The notes under the pieces are model-generated. The model had not been told where the DNA came from. It made no database searches and was given only the letters and a program-made list of their open reading frames with translations. A stretch of DNA of 64,000 nucleotides from an uncultured Candidatus Saccharibacteria bacterium. Lineage in GTDB: Bacteria; Patescibacteriota; Dojkabacteria; GCA-016699595; JBAXKR01. The stretch is taken from NCBI GenBank assembly GCA_964430225.1, contig CAYSFE010000001.1, positions 95,668 to 159,667 of the forward strand, given 5' to 3'. Below are positions 40,950-50,987 of the stretch, in pieces. The position numbers and the translations under genes were made by a program. Every line of letters begins with the position of its first letter. Position 1 is the first letter of the stretch.

Positions 40950-41948
40950 CTAGCAGATATATGCTACCTCATCAAAACTTAAGTATTCGACTTTACCATC
41001 TTCAGTTTTTACCTCTAAATCAAAATCATTTACTGTTAAAACACTAACTTCTAAACCAAATAGTTTGTTACTGGTTACAAAAACCTTCATTCCTGGTTTA
41101 ATCTCAATGTATTCTTCTTCTTTTATACTCAGTGCTTTATCTACACTAAAACATAATGTATTTTGCTTACTAGATACAAAAGCTGATAATCCACTCATTC
41201 GAGATAGATTATTCACATACAGTTTATTTAATTCAAAACTTTCACTGACTCCGAATATATTAAAAAGATTATGAATTTTAGATGAAGAAGCACTAAATTC
41301 TGGTGATACTACAGAACAAATTATAACCTTAGGCGAATATTCATTTATTCTTAAATATTTCTCTTTATCAAGAACATCATTAACAAAAACTACTTTGTCC
41401 ATAATATCAAGTTCCTCAATATTTCCTTCTTTAGGAAAATATATAAATTCACCCATATATTCTCCTTTTCCAAAAGAAGAATTAAGTGAGATCGATAACA
41501 CATTTGATTTCACTTCTATACATTCTCCGCGAATAACTGTATCAATTGTTGCATTAGCACTGGCTCTAATCACACTTTCCTTAATTTCACCTAGTATTTT
41601 TAACGTTCCCTTTTTTATCTCACTTAAATCAACAAATCCGTCAAATTCTGATATTGCCTCATATTTCCCAAGTCCTCCCATTACAGATCTTTCAGCCAAT
41701 ATATCTCCCTCTGAGATATATTCTTTATCAAATACTTTTATATATTTCTTTACCTCTTGAGGCTTTACTTTTAATAGTTCTATTAAATTAAAAGTTTGAA
41801 GAACTTCAAAGTCTCTAGTTACCCCTATTATGTCATCTTTTTTTACTTTTTCTCCTGCATTAAAATTTAGTTTAGTTTTTAATGGCAACTCATATTTAAA
41901 GATTGAATCTTTAATATATTTAATTTTATTTAATCTTTTAATATACAT
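40950..41948 (-). CDS. Hypothetical protein with barrel-sandwich-hybrid-like repeats
   Basis: GEKVKKDDII and ISEGDILA...SEFDGFV patterns typical of biotinyl/lipoyl-like hybrid motifs. Confidence 0.65.
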   Translation of the reverse strand: MYIKRLNKIKYIKDSIFKYELPLKTKLNFNAGEKVKKDDIIGVTRDFEVLQTFNLIELLKVKPQEVKKYIKVFDKEYISEGDILAERSVMGGLGKYEAISEFDGFVDLSEIKKGTLKILGEIKESVIRASANATIDTVIRGECIEVKSNVLSISLNSSFGKGEYMGEFIYFPKEGNIEELDIMDKVVFVNDVLDKEKYLRINEYSPKVIICSVVSPEFSASSSKIHNLFNIFGVSESFELNKLYVNNLSRMSGLSAFVSSKQNTLCFSVDKALSIKEEEYIEIKPGMKVFVTSNKLFGLEVSVLTVNDFDLEVKTEDGKVEYLSFDEVAYIC

Positions 41949-42907
41949 TACGTTCTTTCTAATTCACTGAAATATGTAAAGTCTAAAACATTTGGGAATT
42001 CTTTAAACTTTTTATTACTCATTCCAAAGTTTACAAATACCTTTTTATCAAGTAACCCATACGTTTTCCATTTTGAAATTGAAACAGAACCATCTTCATC
42101 AAACATATATTTTAAAATTCTTCCAGTTATTCCATATACCTTTTGATCCATTTTCCCATCTAGTATATTTACCTCATTTATTTCCCCATATTTTGCACTA
42201 GAGAAGGCATTGATAATATATCCTAACCTCATTTCAGTATTAAGTTTTGATAACAAATCACTATCTTTTCCAATAAAAGATTCCCAAATAAGTCCAAACT
42301 TATCAACTTCTACCTTAATTACGGTAGTTGTATTAAATATTTGAGATAGGAGTACCATTACTTTATCTATATCAAAAAACTTGTATACATTAGGAGAAAG
42401 TACCACTCCATCTACTTTTCCAAATACAATCTTTGATGCTTGTACATTTGAAACAAATTTTAAATATATTGGATATAGACTTCCTAAATATGCACTTTGA
42501 TATGACCTAGCATTTAAGATATCTCTATTACATTCACTTAAGAAATCTTTATCAATAACTGGATCGATTGAAAAGCTATCTCTTTTTACTATTGTTCCCT
42601 TAGGACCGGTATATATGTGAAGTAGTTTAACAGACTCTAAAGTCATATCAAGATACACCAAATTTGAGAGTTTAGACTCATTTAAATGGTCTCCGAGTCT
42701 CTTAACGTCTACTTCTCCTTCCATGTTAAAGGTAATAGAAATAGAAGGCTTTAAGTAGCTAATTTTAAGGTATTCATTAAGTGAATTTTCAGGGATTTTT
42801 CTAGCTAATTGGTATGTATCAGAAGTCTCTTCATCAAACAAAAAAAGATCACATAGATTATTACTAGTATTTGAAATTATTTTTTTAGAAGAGTTTAATA
42901 GATGCAT
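41948..42907 (-). CDS. Hypothetical protein, possibly degenerate GlmL-like
   Basis: Coupled (TAATG) to the next gene; weak resemblance only. Confidence 0.55.
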   Translation of the reverse strand: MHLLNSSKKIISNTSNNLCDLFLFDEETSDTYQLARKIPENSLNEYLKISYLKPSISITFNMEGEVDVKRLGDHLNESKLSNLVYLDMTLESVKLLHIYTGPKGTIVKRDSFSIDPVIDKDFLSECNRDILNARSYQSAYLGSLYPIYLKFVSNVQASKIVFGKVDGVVLSPNVYKFFDIDKVMVLLSQIFNTTTVIKVEVDKFGLIWESFIGKDSDLLSKLNTEMRLGYIINAFSSAKYGEINEVNILDGKMDQKVYGITGRILKYMFDEDGSVSISKWKTYGLLDKKVFVNFGMSNKKFKEFPNVLDFTYFSELERT

Positions 42908-42937
42908 TTTTTATATGCATCTATTCTACTTTAGAAT

Positions 42938-43177
42938 TTATATGTAGTCCACAAAAGGAAGTAATGCCAAATATCTTGCTCTTTTAATAGATAGAGCTAA
43001 TTTTCTTTGACATATTGCACTTACTCCAGTTCTAGAACTTGGAAGTATTCTTCCACGAGGTGTTATAAATTTTTTAAGTTTATATACATCTTTGTAGTCA
43101 ACCTTTGATGGATCTCCACCAAATGGACAGTTCTCTTCAACTTTAATTACTTTTGCTTTTTTTCTTTTGATTGCCAT
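42938..43177 (-). CDS. rpsR: 30S ribosomal protein bS18
   Basis: DYKD..L.KFI..RGRILP...TG.....QR.L...[12 protein letters not shown]. Confidence 0.96.
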   Translation of the reverse strand: MAIKRKKAKVIKVEENCPFGGDPSKVDYKDVYKLKKFITPRGRILPSSRTGVSAICQRKLALSIKRARYLALLPFVDYI

Positions 43178-43191
43178 GTTATTTGTTTAAA

Positions 43192-43650
43192 TTAAAAAGG
43201 TAAATCTTCTTTTGCTACTGGAGCTTCTTCTTCTGAAACTTCATTAGCTACTGGTATTTCTTCATTACTATCTTTTGATAGTTCTGCACCCTCTACTCCT
43301 ACTCCATTCTTTCCCTTTGAATCTAATAGCTTCATATCATCTATTCTAATTTCTGTTCTATAGTGCTTAACTCCATTAACTTCATACATTCTAGTTCTAA
43401 TCTCTCCTTCTACATATACTAACATTCCAACACTTAGTAGGTTAGCACATATCTCACCTAGTTTATTCCAAGCTACAATATTTAGATACTCTGCTCTTTC
43501 TTTCTGTTCTCCACTTTGAGTCTTCCAAAGATTGTTAGTTGCAATTCCAAATGTACATACTAATGAACCTTGAGGAGTATATTTTACTTCGGGATCTCTA
43601 GTTAAATTCCCGATAATCATTGCCTTGTTTAATGATCTTGCTGTTGCCAT
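43192..43650 (-). CDS. ssb: Single-stranded DNA-binding protein
   Basis: LNKAMIIGNLTRDPE, VYVEG.IRTR, acidic tail ending DLPF. Confidence 0.96.
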   Translation of the reverse strand: MATARSLNKAMIIGNLTRDPEVKYTPQGSLVCTFGIATNNLWKTQSGEQKERAEYLNIVAWNKLGEICANLLSVGMLVYVEGEIRTRMYEVNGVKHYRTEIRIDDMKLLDSKGKNGVGVEGAELSKDSNEEIPVANEVSEEEAPVAKEDLPF

Positions 43651-43667
43651 AGATATATATTAATAAA

Positions 43668-43961
43668 TTAAAGTTCCTCTTCTTTAATTAATAAATATCG
43701 TAGCACCTCAGGCATTAGACCAACATTAGAAGTAAATGAGTTTGTATTAGATTTGTCTATCTCAATTCTGTATGCGATATAGAAACCTTCATCATGTTTC
43801 TTAATTTTATATGCTAGATGTTTCTTACCCCATACATCAGTTTTACTGATAACTCCACCATCACTTTTAATCATTCCCTCAATCTTACTTTGAGCACTTA
43901 GCCTTACATCTTCAGGCAATAATGCTTTAAGCACCACAACAAATTCATATTTTTGCTTCAT
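43668..43961 (-). CDS. rpsF: 30S ribosomal protein bS6
   Basis: YE, WGKKHLAYKIKK..EGFY, VLRYL; start at MKQKYE. Confidence 0.95.
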   Translation of the reverse strand: MKQKYEFVVVLKALLPEDVRLSAQSKIEGMIKSDGGVISKTDVWGKKHLAYKIKKHDEGFYIAYRIEIDKSNTNSFTSNVGLMPEVLRYLLIKEEEL

Positions 43962-44010
43962 TTTAAAAAACGAAATTAAATAAATAGATACACACACAAT
44001 GGCAATATCA

Positions 44011-44040
44011 ATAATACCATAGTAAAAGCCTTATTCTCAA
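44011..44040 (-). promoter_or_regulatory. Promoter of the rpsF-ssb-rpsR operon
   Basis: TTGAGA-N18-TATTAT with extended TG. Confidence 0.55.
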
Positions 44041-44122
44041 GGAGTAAATCCCCTATTCTATTACGTTAATACTACAAATCGTATGGTATATCCGTAACAG
44101 AATTAAAATTAGAGAAAAATAT

Positions 44123-44150
44123 TTGACATCTTCCTAGATTTGAGTATTAT
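44123..44150 (+). promoter_or_regulatory. Near-consensus sigma70 promoter
   Basis: TTGACA-N16-TATTAT. Confidence 0.65.
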
Positions 44151-44185
44151 TTATTTGGCCCAAAATTATTTATTACTTCTAATTT

Positions 44186-44347
44186 ATGGCTGAAAACTCC
44201 CCAATTCTAGACACTGAACATATTGATGGAGACGCCTATGAGTGGCCCCCAAAATCAGTTGGAGGCACAATTAAAAAAGCATTAATGAAAATTATTGATG
44301 GAGCACAAGAGACTAAATTAGATCCAAACATAGAAAAAGCAGAATAA
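44186..44347 (+). CDS. Unannotated 53-aa small protein
   Basis: MAENSPILDTEHIDGDAYEWPPKSVGGTIKKALMKIIDGAQETKLDPNIEKAE*; fills the gap, follows a strong promoter, ends 8 nt from the ychF stop. Confidence 0.6.
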   Translation: MAENSPILDTEHIDGDAYEWPPKSVGGTIKKALMKIIDGAQETKLDPNIEKAE

Positions 44348-44355
44348 GTATATTT

Positions 44356-45468
44356 CTAAGCACCATGCTTAAAGTTCATGATATCAGCTTCCTTTACTAT
44401 GTAGTCCCTTGATTCAAGTCTTATTTTTCCCTTCTCAGCCGCTCCTTTATATCCTCCACAAGCAACGAAGTCTTCATATGAAACTACTTCAGCAGCTATG
44501 AACTTATCTGAGAAATCAGTATGTATTTTACCTGCTGCTTCCTTAGCATTAGCTCCCTTTCTAACAGTCCATGCTCTTGATTCATCTTCTCCAGTAGTAA
44601 AGAAACTCATAAGTCCGAGGGTGTCATATGCTACGTGTGTTAGTCTCACTATTCCTGATTCTGTTAATCCATATTGACTAAGAAATTCTTTTTGATCTTC
44701 TTCATTTAAAGTAGATAGTTCAGATTCAAGTTTTACTGATAAAGGTATGACAGTATCGGATTCTACTAGTCCCATTACTTTCTTAAGATTCTCTAGGTTT
44801 ACATTTGTAATACTACTCTCATCAATATTTGCTACATATATTGTAGGTTTAGCTGTTATTAGGCTTATCTGGGAAAGATCTGCTTTTAAACTTTCATTAG
44901 CTTTAATGTATTCTTGTTTATCTTTTAAAAAATCTCTTGCTAACTTACTTTCTTCTAAGTGTTTTAGTAGTTCAGCTAGAAAGTCTGCTGTTAGTTTAGC
45001 CTTTACATCAAATCTAGAATTCTTCTCAAAGTTATTTACAACTTTCTTTAATACTTCTAAGTCTTTTAGTATTAGTTCTGTGTTTATTGTCTCTATATCA
45101 CTCTTTGGATCTACTTTATTACTTACATGTATTACATCTTTGTTTTCAAATATTCTAACTACATGAACTATAGCATCAGCTTCAGCTATTTCAGATAGAA
45201 ATTTGTTCCCAAGTCCTTGTCCTTCAGAAGCTCCCTTTACAATACCAGCAATATCTATGAAGTCTACATCAGCATATATTGTTTTTTTAGATTTTTCTAA
45301 CTCTGTAAGCTTATCAAGCCTACTATCTTTCACATATACTCTACCCACATTAGGATCTATGGTACAAAAAGGATAGTTCTCAGCAGGAACTGAGTTTTTA
45401 GTTAAAGCATTAAAAAGTGTAGACTTTCCTACATTAGGAAGACCTACTATACCAAGTGCTAGGCTCAT
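44356..45468 (-). CDS. ychF: Ribosome-binding ATPase YchF
   Basis: GIVGLPNVGKSTLFN, NYPFCTIDPN, DIAG, GLGNKFL, AAGKIHTDF TGS domain. Confidence 0.96.
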   Translation of the reverse strand: MSLALGIVGLPNVGKSTLFNALTKNSVPAENYPFCTIDPNVGRVYVKDSRLDKLTELEKSKKTIYADVDFIDIAGIVKGASEGQGLGNKFLSEIAEADAIVHVVRIFENKDVIHVSNKVDPKSDIETINTELILKDLEVLKKVVNNFEKNSRFDVKAKLTADFLAELLKHLEESKLARDFLKDKQEYIKANESLKADLSQISLITAKPTIYVANIDESSITNVNLENLKKVMGLVESDTVIPLSVKLESELSTLNEEDQKEFLSQYGLTESGIVRLTHVAYDTLGLMSFFTTGEDESRAWTVRKGANAKEAAGKIHTDFSDKFIAAEVVSYEDFVACGGYKGAAEKGKIRLESRDYIVKEADIMNFKHGA

Positions 45469-46973
45469 TATTTATATGTAACAATTGACTGTTTAGATAC
45501 AATCTTAACAGCAGTGTCAAGACGATTTTGATTTGTAGCAAAAACTGTAAATATCCTATCCCCAGTTTTAACAGTTTGATCTGGAAACTTATGGAAATAT
45601 AGTCCAGCTTCTTTAATGAAAGGATTTCCCAGTGCTCTACATACATCAAATACCGACTTGTTATCAATACCAGATATTACTCCATCTCTATCAGCTTTGT
45701 ATTCATAGTGAAGAGCACCAATTTCAATATCATTAGAAGAAATATTCTCTACTCCACCTTGTTCTTTAATGATTGCTCTTAATTTCTTTTCTGCAGCCCC
45801 TGAGTTTAAAAACCCTGATGCCATCTTGTCCGCATCTTCTTTAGAGATTTTCTTAACCATAGCGATTAAATCTCCAGCTATTGAAATTGCATCTTCTTCA
45901 AGTTCACGTTCACGAGCAATAGCGTCATTTTCATATACTCTTAAAAACTCAATACACTCAAGTGCTGGTCCTACTGCATGTCCATCAATAGAGTTAACAT
46001 GCCTCTTATGTAATGCAACATTAATTCCAAAATGACTTGCAATTCTTCTAAAGCTTTCATCTACTTCTTTGTATTGTTCATCTGTAGATATTTTTGCTCC
46101 TGGACCTATTGGAATATCAAACACTACATTGTTTACTCCTTGAGCTATTTTCTTAGCCATTATACTTGCAACAAACTTGTCAATACTTTCAATACCTAGT
46201 TGTTTTTGAACCCTTATTATATGATCATCTGCAGGAGCTAAATCTAATCCTCCTCCCCATACCATGAATACTTTATTCTTTTTAATCATCTCAAGTAGTT
46301 TAGGTTTAGGAAAACTCATTTTCATTATAACTTCAAGCATATCGGTAGTAGCAGATGCTGAAGTAATAGCTCGTGAAGAAGTATTAGGAACTATGACATC
46401 ATCAAGACAAGCTAGTATTGGAACAACAAGTGGTGTAATACCTTTACCAGCTACTCCACCAATAGAATGCTTGTCTACTACTATTCCATCAAACTTAAAT
46501 GTCTCCCCGTTATATGCAATAGCCTTAGTCATACTAAGTACTTCATCTTGATCAAATCCAGGAGAATATCCAGCAGCTACATAGTAAGCAGTAAGTACAG
46601 GTCCAAGTCTATTACTAGCAATATCCTTTACAACAGTATTGATTTCATTATCAGTAAGTTTTCCTCCTAACATCTTCTTACGGATATATGCAATTGATTC
46701 TGCTGGAGCTGATATATCTACTTGAATCATCATTAGATCTTTAAATCCAAATTTCAAGTATGTATCTGTAAACAAACCTATATGTCCTCTTGGAACAAGT
46801 GATTCAGTAGTATCTATGACAAGTGAAACACCTTTAGGATTATCATCCCAAATCATTGTTATTGTGCTTCCTGCTACTAAACCCTCTTCATCAGCATCCT
46901 GCTTATTGATTAAGGCAATGAGAGCATCATTTGTTTCAATATCTAGTTTTTTAGAACGTAAGAATAAAGACAT
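45468..46973 (-). CDS. AMP phosphorylase (archaeal-type thymidine/pyrimidine phosphorylase family)
   Basis: DKHSIGGVAG, TSSRAITS, WGG.LDLAPADD, SIMAKK, DIP.G.GAK, GPALE; N-terminal extra domain of AMP phosphorylase type; 501 aa. Confidence 0.85.
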   Translation of the reverse strand: MSLFLRSKKLDIETNDALIALINKQDADEEGLVAGSTITMIWDDNPKGVSLVIDTTESLVPRGHIGLFTDTYLKFGFKDLMMIQVDISAPAESIAYIRKKMLGGKLTDNEINTVVKDIASNRLGPVLTAYYVAAGYSPGFDQDEVLSMTKAIAYNGETFKFDGIVVDKHSIGGVAGKGITPLVVPILACLDDVIVPNTSSRAITSASATTDMLEVIMKMSFPKPKLLEMIKKNKVFMVWGGGLDLAPADDHIIRVQKQLGIESIDKFVASIMAKKIAQGVNNVVFDIPIGPGAKISTDEQYKEVDESFRRIASHFGINVALHKRHVNSIDGHAVGPALECIEFLRVYENDAIARERELEEDAISIAGDLIAMVKKISKEDADKMASGFLNSGAAEKKLRAIIKEQGGVENISSNDIEIGALHYEYKADRDGVISGIDNKSVFDVCRALGNPFIKEAGLYFHKFPDQTVKTGDRIFTVFATNQNRLDTAVKIVSKQSIVTYK

Positions 46974-46985
46974 ATATGTGAAGTC

Positions 46986-47014
46986 ATTATATTTACTATT
47001 GGGAAGGATGGCAA
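46986..47014 (-). promoter_or_regulatory. Promoter of AMP phosphorylase-ychF
   Basis: TTGCCA-N17-TATAAT. Confidence 0.65.
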
Positions 47015-47022
47015 ATTTCCAT

Positions 47023-47048
47023 TCCTCTAACTATTTCTAGCTAGAGGA
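47023..47048 (-). terminator. 3' hairpin after the MBL nuclease gene
   Basis: UCCUCUAGCUA-GAAA-UAGUUAGAGGA, 11-bp stem with GNRA loop; no U tract. Confidence 0.55.
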
Positions 47049-47060
47049 GATTGATTTTGT

Positions 47061-48488
47061 TTAAAGCTCTATTTCTTCTTTAAACTTAGGCATCTTTATC
47101 TCTAAAGATGGTTTTACCTTAGTTACTTCTGAAGCAAAGGCTTCTGCTCTCTCAGGTTCAGCATGTACTAAGAAAAGTTTCTTAAGGTTTTCTGAGTCAT
47201 ATTGCTTAAAAAAGTCTATTAAGTCTCCTTGATCAGCATGAGCTGAGAATCCAAGTAGTTTCTTTACAGATCCATTTACTTTTACTCTTTTATCATTGAT
47301 CTTTACTTCAGTAGCTCCATTCATTAGTTCTCTGCCTAAAGTATCTTCAGCTTGGAAGCCTACTAATATAACAGAAGTGTTCTTTTGAGAAAGATTTATT
47401 CCTAAGTGATAAAGGATTCTACCTCCATCACACATTCCTGATCCTGCTATGATAACAACTCCTCTCTTCTTGTTTATACCCATTGAGGTTTTAGAAGAAA
47501 GAGAATTTTGAAGATATGGGAAATGGAATGCATTATCATTCTTAGCGAAACTATCTTGAATTTCCCTATTAAGATAAAGGTATGATTTCTCATATACCTC
47601 AGTAGCTCGAATTGCGAGAGGACTATCTACAAAAACTTCTAAGTTTTCTTTTAATCTTCCACTTTGTTTTGCTTTTTTAAGTTCGAATAGTACTTCTTGA
47701 GTTCTTTGAACTGCAAAAGAGGGAATTAGAACATTACCCCCACTTGCTGTAGTTCTATTAATGATCTCAATAAGTTCATCAACAGTATCTGTTCTATTAG
47801 GGTGATTAATGCCACCATAAAGGGATTCCATGACAATATAGTCAGGCTTAAAGTCTTTAGATGGAGAAAAGACTTTTACAAGTCCTTGTCCTCTATGACC
47901 AATATCACCTGAGAATAGAATATTTTTACTTTCTCCCTTATCTTTAATAGTGATTTGTAAACTTACTGCTCCTAATATATGTCCTGCATCTACCATTTTA
48001 AATGATAAAGAGTCATTTACTACTGTGTTTGTATCTAATTCAATTGGATCAAACATTGTTAGTGTTTTAGTTACATCAGCATTTGAATAGATAAACTCTG
48101 CTAGATGTCCATAAGTATCAGCAAGTGATGGATGTCCATCAACTATACTATTCTTCTTATGGTAAGTTTTTAAGTTCTGTTCTTGAATCTTTGCAGAATC
48201 AAAAAGAAGTAACTCTACTAGTCTTCGAGTTGGAATTGAACAGTAAATCTTACCGTTAAATCCATTTCTTACTAGTTTTGGAATTAATCCACAATGATCA
48301 ATATGTGTATGTGTTAGAAACACAAAATCTACTTTTGATGGATCAAAATTATATTTTTCATAGTTATATTTTTCTATATCATTACCTTGAAACATTCCAG
48401 CGTCAACTATGAAGCTAAATGTATCAGTTTCTACTAGGTAGCAACTTCCTGTTACCATTTCGGATGCTCCTAAAAATCTTATTTTCAT
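47061..48488 (-). CDS. MBL-fold beta-CASP ribonuclease (YSH1/CPSF73-like)
   Basis: VTGSC, LTHTHIDHCG, AGHILG, FSGDIG, MESLYG, FAVQRTQE, GSGMCDGGR, FSAHAD, LVHAE. Confidence 0.92.
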   Translation of the reverse strand: MKIRFLGASEMVTGSCYLVETDTFSFIVDAGMFQGNDIEKYNYEKYNFDPSKVDFVFLTHTHIDHCGLIPKLVRNGFNGKIYCSIPTRRLVELLLFDSAKIQEQNLKTYHKKNSIVDGHPSLADTYGHLAEFIYSNADVTKTLTMFDPIELDTNTVVNDSLSFKMVDAGHILGAVSLQITIKDKGESKNILFSGDIGHRGQGLVKVFSPSKDFKPDYIVMESLYGGINHPNRTDTVDELIEIINRTTASGGNVLIPSFAVQRTQEVLFELKKAKQSGRLKENLEVFVDSPLAIRATEVYEKSYLYLNREIQDSFAKNDNAFHFPYLQNSLSSKTSMGINKKRGVVIIAGSGMCDGGRILYHLGINLSQKNTSVILVGFQAEDTLGRELMNGATEVKINDKRVKVNGSVKKLLGFSAHADQGDLIDFFKQYDSENLKKLFLVHAEPERAEAFASEVTKVKPSLEIKMPKFKEEIEL

Positions 48489-48501
48489 TTCTAAAAATTA
48501 A

Positions 48502-49110
48502 TTAATTAAATTGTTTTCTACTTTCAATGGCGGAAGATAGGGTGTCTGTATCTATGTAGTCTATATCAGATCCCCTTGGAACTCCCATTGCTAGCCTAGA
48601 GTAACTAACAGCTGAGTTTTTTCCTATCTCACGTTCTATAAAAAGCATTGTCGACTCGCCTTCAAGTGATGGATTTAGAGCAAATATTACTTCTAAAGAG
48701 GAGGATTTAGAAATCAGTTCTTTAAGTCTATCGATCAGGCCTTTTATTCTTAGATTCTCCGGCATAATATTATTAAGCGGAGATATCAACCCCTCTATTA
48801 TATAGTAATATCCCTTAAAAGATCCAGTGTTTTCTATAACTACACTATCAAAGTAATCTTCCACCACCATTATCTTATTACTCTCACGTGTATTATCAGA
48901 ACATATATTACACATCTCTTCATCAGATATACTATTACACTTAAGACATTTCTTTAAATGAGTTATTCCAGAAAGTGATTCTCGAATGATTTCTATCTTA
49001 GATGGGTATTTGAACAAACTCAAAGCTATCCTACCTGCCATCTTAGGTCCTATGCCAGGTAGACTCTCAAGCTCACTAATGAGATTTTGAAGAGATTTCG
49101 GATAAGTCAT
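48502..49110 (-). CDS. recR: Recombination mediator RecR
   Basis: LPGIGPK, CLKC...CNIC zinc finger, TOPRIM VVE, EGE.T, SRLAMGVP. Confidence 0.95.
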   Translation of the reverse strand: MTYPKSLQNLISELESLPGIGPKMAGRIALSLFKYPSKIEIIRESLSGITHLKKCLKCNSISDEEMCNICSDNTRESNKIMVVEDYFDSVVIENTGSFKGYYYIIEGLISPLNNIMPENLRIKGLIDRLKELISKSSSLEVIFALNPSLEGESTMLFIEREIGKNSAVSYSRLAMGVPRGSDIDYIDTDTLSSAIESRKQFN

Positions 49111-49410
49111 TTAGTTGCCTCCAAGCATTCCCTTTAATTTATCCATATCCATATCTTTAGCCATTTCTTTTTGTAGTTTCTTTTGAGCATCTTTGAAAGC
49201 TTCTTTCATCTGCTTTATTAAACTATCTTTAAGAAGTGGGTTTAATACTTCATCAGAAATACTCATATCAAGTATTTCTTGAGTACCATCTATAGTTACC
49301 TCTACTTGTTCTTCTTTAGATTTTCCAATAATGGTAATCTTTTTCATTTGATCTTGAAGTTTCATAGCCTCAGATCTCATTTTCATTAAGTCTTTTATTC
49401 CTCCTAACAT
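49111..49410 (-). CDS. ybaB: YbaB/EbfC nucleoid-associated protein
   Basis: 99 aa, V.VTIDG...I..I motif, canonical dnaX-ybaB-recR position. Confidence 0.9.
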   Translation of the reverse strand: MLGGIKDLMKMRSEAMKLQDQMKKITIIGKSKEEQVEVTIDGTQEILDMSISDEVLNPLLKDSLIKQMKEAFKDAQKKLQKEMAKDMDMDKLKGMLGGN

Positions 49411-49431
49411 AAGATTATTAATAATAGGTAA

Positions 49432-50937
49432 TTACATCAGATCAGCGAATACGTCTTTGACTATATCAGGTTTTTTCTCATCGTCAATACTAGTTCCAAC
49501 ATATGTATCAAGTATCATTCTACTACCAGTAAGTTTTTTTAGCTCGTCTTCTATCATTTCTTTACTCTTACCATTATCTATTTTAGATTTATGGAAAGCA
49601 TATTTAAGTTTGAGTCTAATGACATTCCCCTCTACGTTATCTATTACAGCTTGTGAAAGGAAAGATGCTAAGTGTACATTACGTGCTCTAATACCAGTAA
49701 GTAAATCAAGCCACACCCCTTTAACAGCCATATATTTATCAGTAACTTCTGTTTTAGCCATATCCACCTTCTCAATATTATTTACAACTTCTTCTTGAAC
49801 TACCTTTTCATCTTTATCTTCCTTCTTTTCTGAAACAACAGTTTTTTCTTCTATTCTATCTTCTTTTGTTTTAGAGGGTTTAGATTCACTCTCTATTTCC
49901 TTTTTCTCAACTTTCTTTTCTTTCTTATTACTTAGGTTATATATACATAGCTCCATTGCAAGATCATCATAGTCAGTAAGTCTTAATTTCTTTTCTAGTT
50001 CTAGAAAACTTTCAAGGATTTCATATATTCTCTCCTCAGAATATTTAGATATTCCTAATGCTTTCTCAGAATACCTAATGAGTTGAGAAGTAAGGTTTGA
50101 TGGAGAAACACCAGATATTAAAATTTCTTTTAATATCCCCTGTGATTTTTCGTTATTCCCTTCATATATACTTTCAAATAATGTTGTTAATTCTTTTATC
50201 TGAGATAATCCTAAAATTCTTAAGGCCATATCTTGACTTACTTTTACATTATCTTCTGAGTGGTTTATGAGCTTTTGAAGAATACTTTGAGAATCTCTAA
50301 AGCTTCCCCTTCCCATCTCAGCAATAGTATCTAATACTTCGTCTTCAATATTCTTTTTCTCTAAACTAGAAATGTTTCTTAATACATCCTTAAGATTTGT
50401 GAGCGTTGCAAGTTTAAAATCAAACCTTTGACACCTAGATAGTATGGTTATCGGGACCTTTGTTACTTCAGTAGTTGCAAGGATAAACAAAGCATGGGTT
50501 GGAGGCTCTTCTAGGGTCTTTAAAAGGGCATTAAAGGCATCTTTAGAGAGCATATGAACCTCATCTATGATATATACCTTTCTTTTAAATTGGATAGGTG
50601 CAAAGCTTATCTTTTCCTTTAGTATCTTAATATCATCAATACTCCTATTTGATGCTGCATCTATTTCAACAAAATCTAAACTTTTTCCTTCTTGGAATAG
50701 CTTACAGTTATCACATTTACCACAAGGATTACCATCCACTAAAGAAGTACAATTTACGGCTTTAGCAAGTATTCTACCTACTGAAGTCTTACCAGTACCA
50801 CGTGGACCAATCAATATATATGACTGACCAACTTTTCCTTTTACAAGCTGTGCTTTTAATACATCCACAATATGTGATTGTCCAACTACACTACTAAAAT
50901 CTTGAGGTCTATATTTTCGGTATAAAGTATCTGACAT
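49432..50937 (-). CDS. dnaX: DNA polymerase III gamma/tau subunit
   Basis: LYRKYRPQ, GPRGTGKT, CxxC zinc motif, EIDAAS, IIDEVHML, LLKTLEEPP, SRC. Confidence 0.96.
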   Translation of the reverse strand: MSDTLYRKYRPQDFSSVVGQSHIVDVLKAQLVKGKVGQSYILIGPRGTGKTSVGRILAKAVNCTSLVDGNPCGKCDNCKLFQEGKSLDFVEIDAASNRSIDDIKILKEKISFAPIQFKRKVYIIDEVHMLSKDAFNALLKTLEEPPTHALFILATTEVTKVPITILSRCQRFDFKLATLTNLKDVLRNISSLEKKNIEDEVLDTIAEMGRGSFRDSQSILQKLINHSEDNVKVSQDMALRILGLSQIKELTTLFESIYEGNNEKSQGILKEILISGVSPSNLTSQLIRYSEKALGISKYSEERIYEILESFLELEKKLRLTDYDDLAMELCIYNLSNKKEKKVEKKEIESESKPSKTKEDRIEEKTVVSEKKEDKDEKVVQEEVVNNIEKVDMAKTEVTDKYMAVKGVWLDLLTGIRARNVHLASFLSQAVIDNVEGNVIRLKLKYAFHKSKIDNGKSKEMIEDELKKLTGSRMILDTYVGTSIDDEKKPDIVKDVFADLM

Positions 50938-50987
50938 ATATCATGAGAATATATCAGGATATATTTGTAATGGGAAGAAAAATCCAA

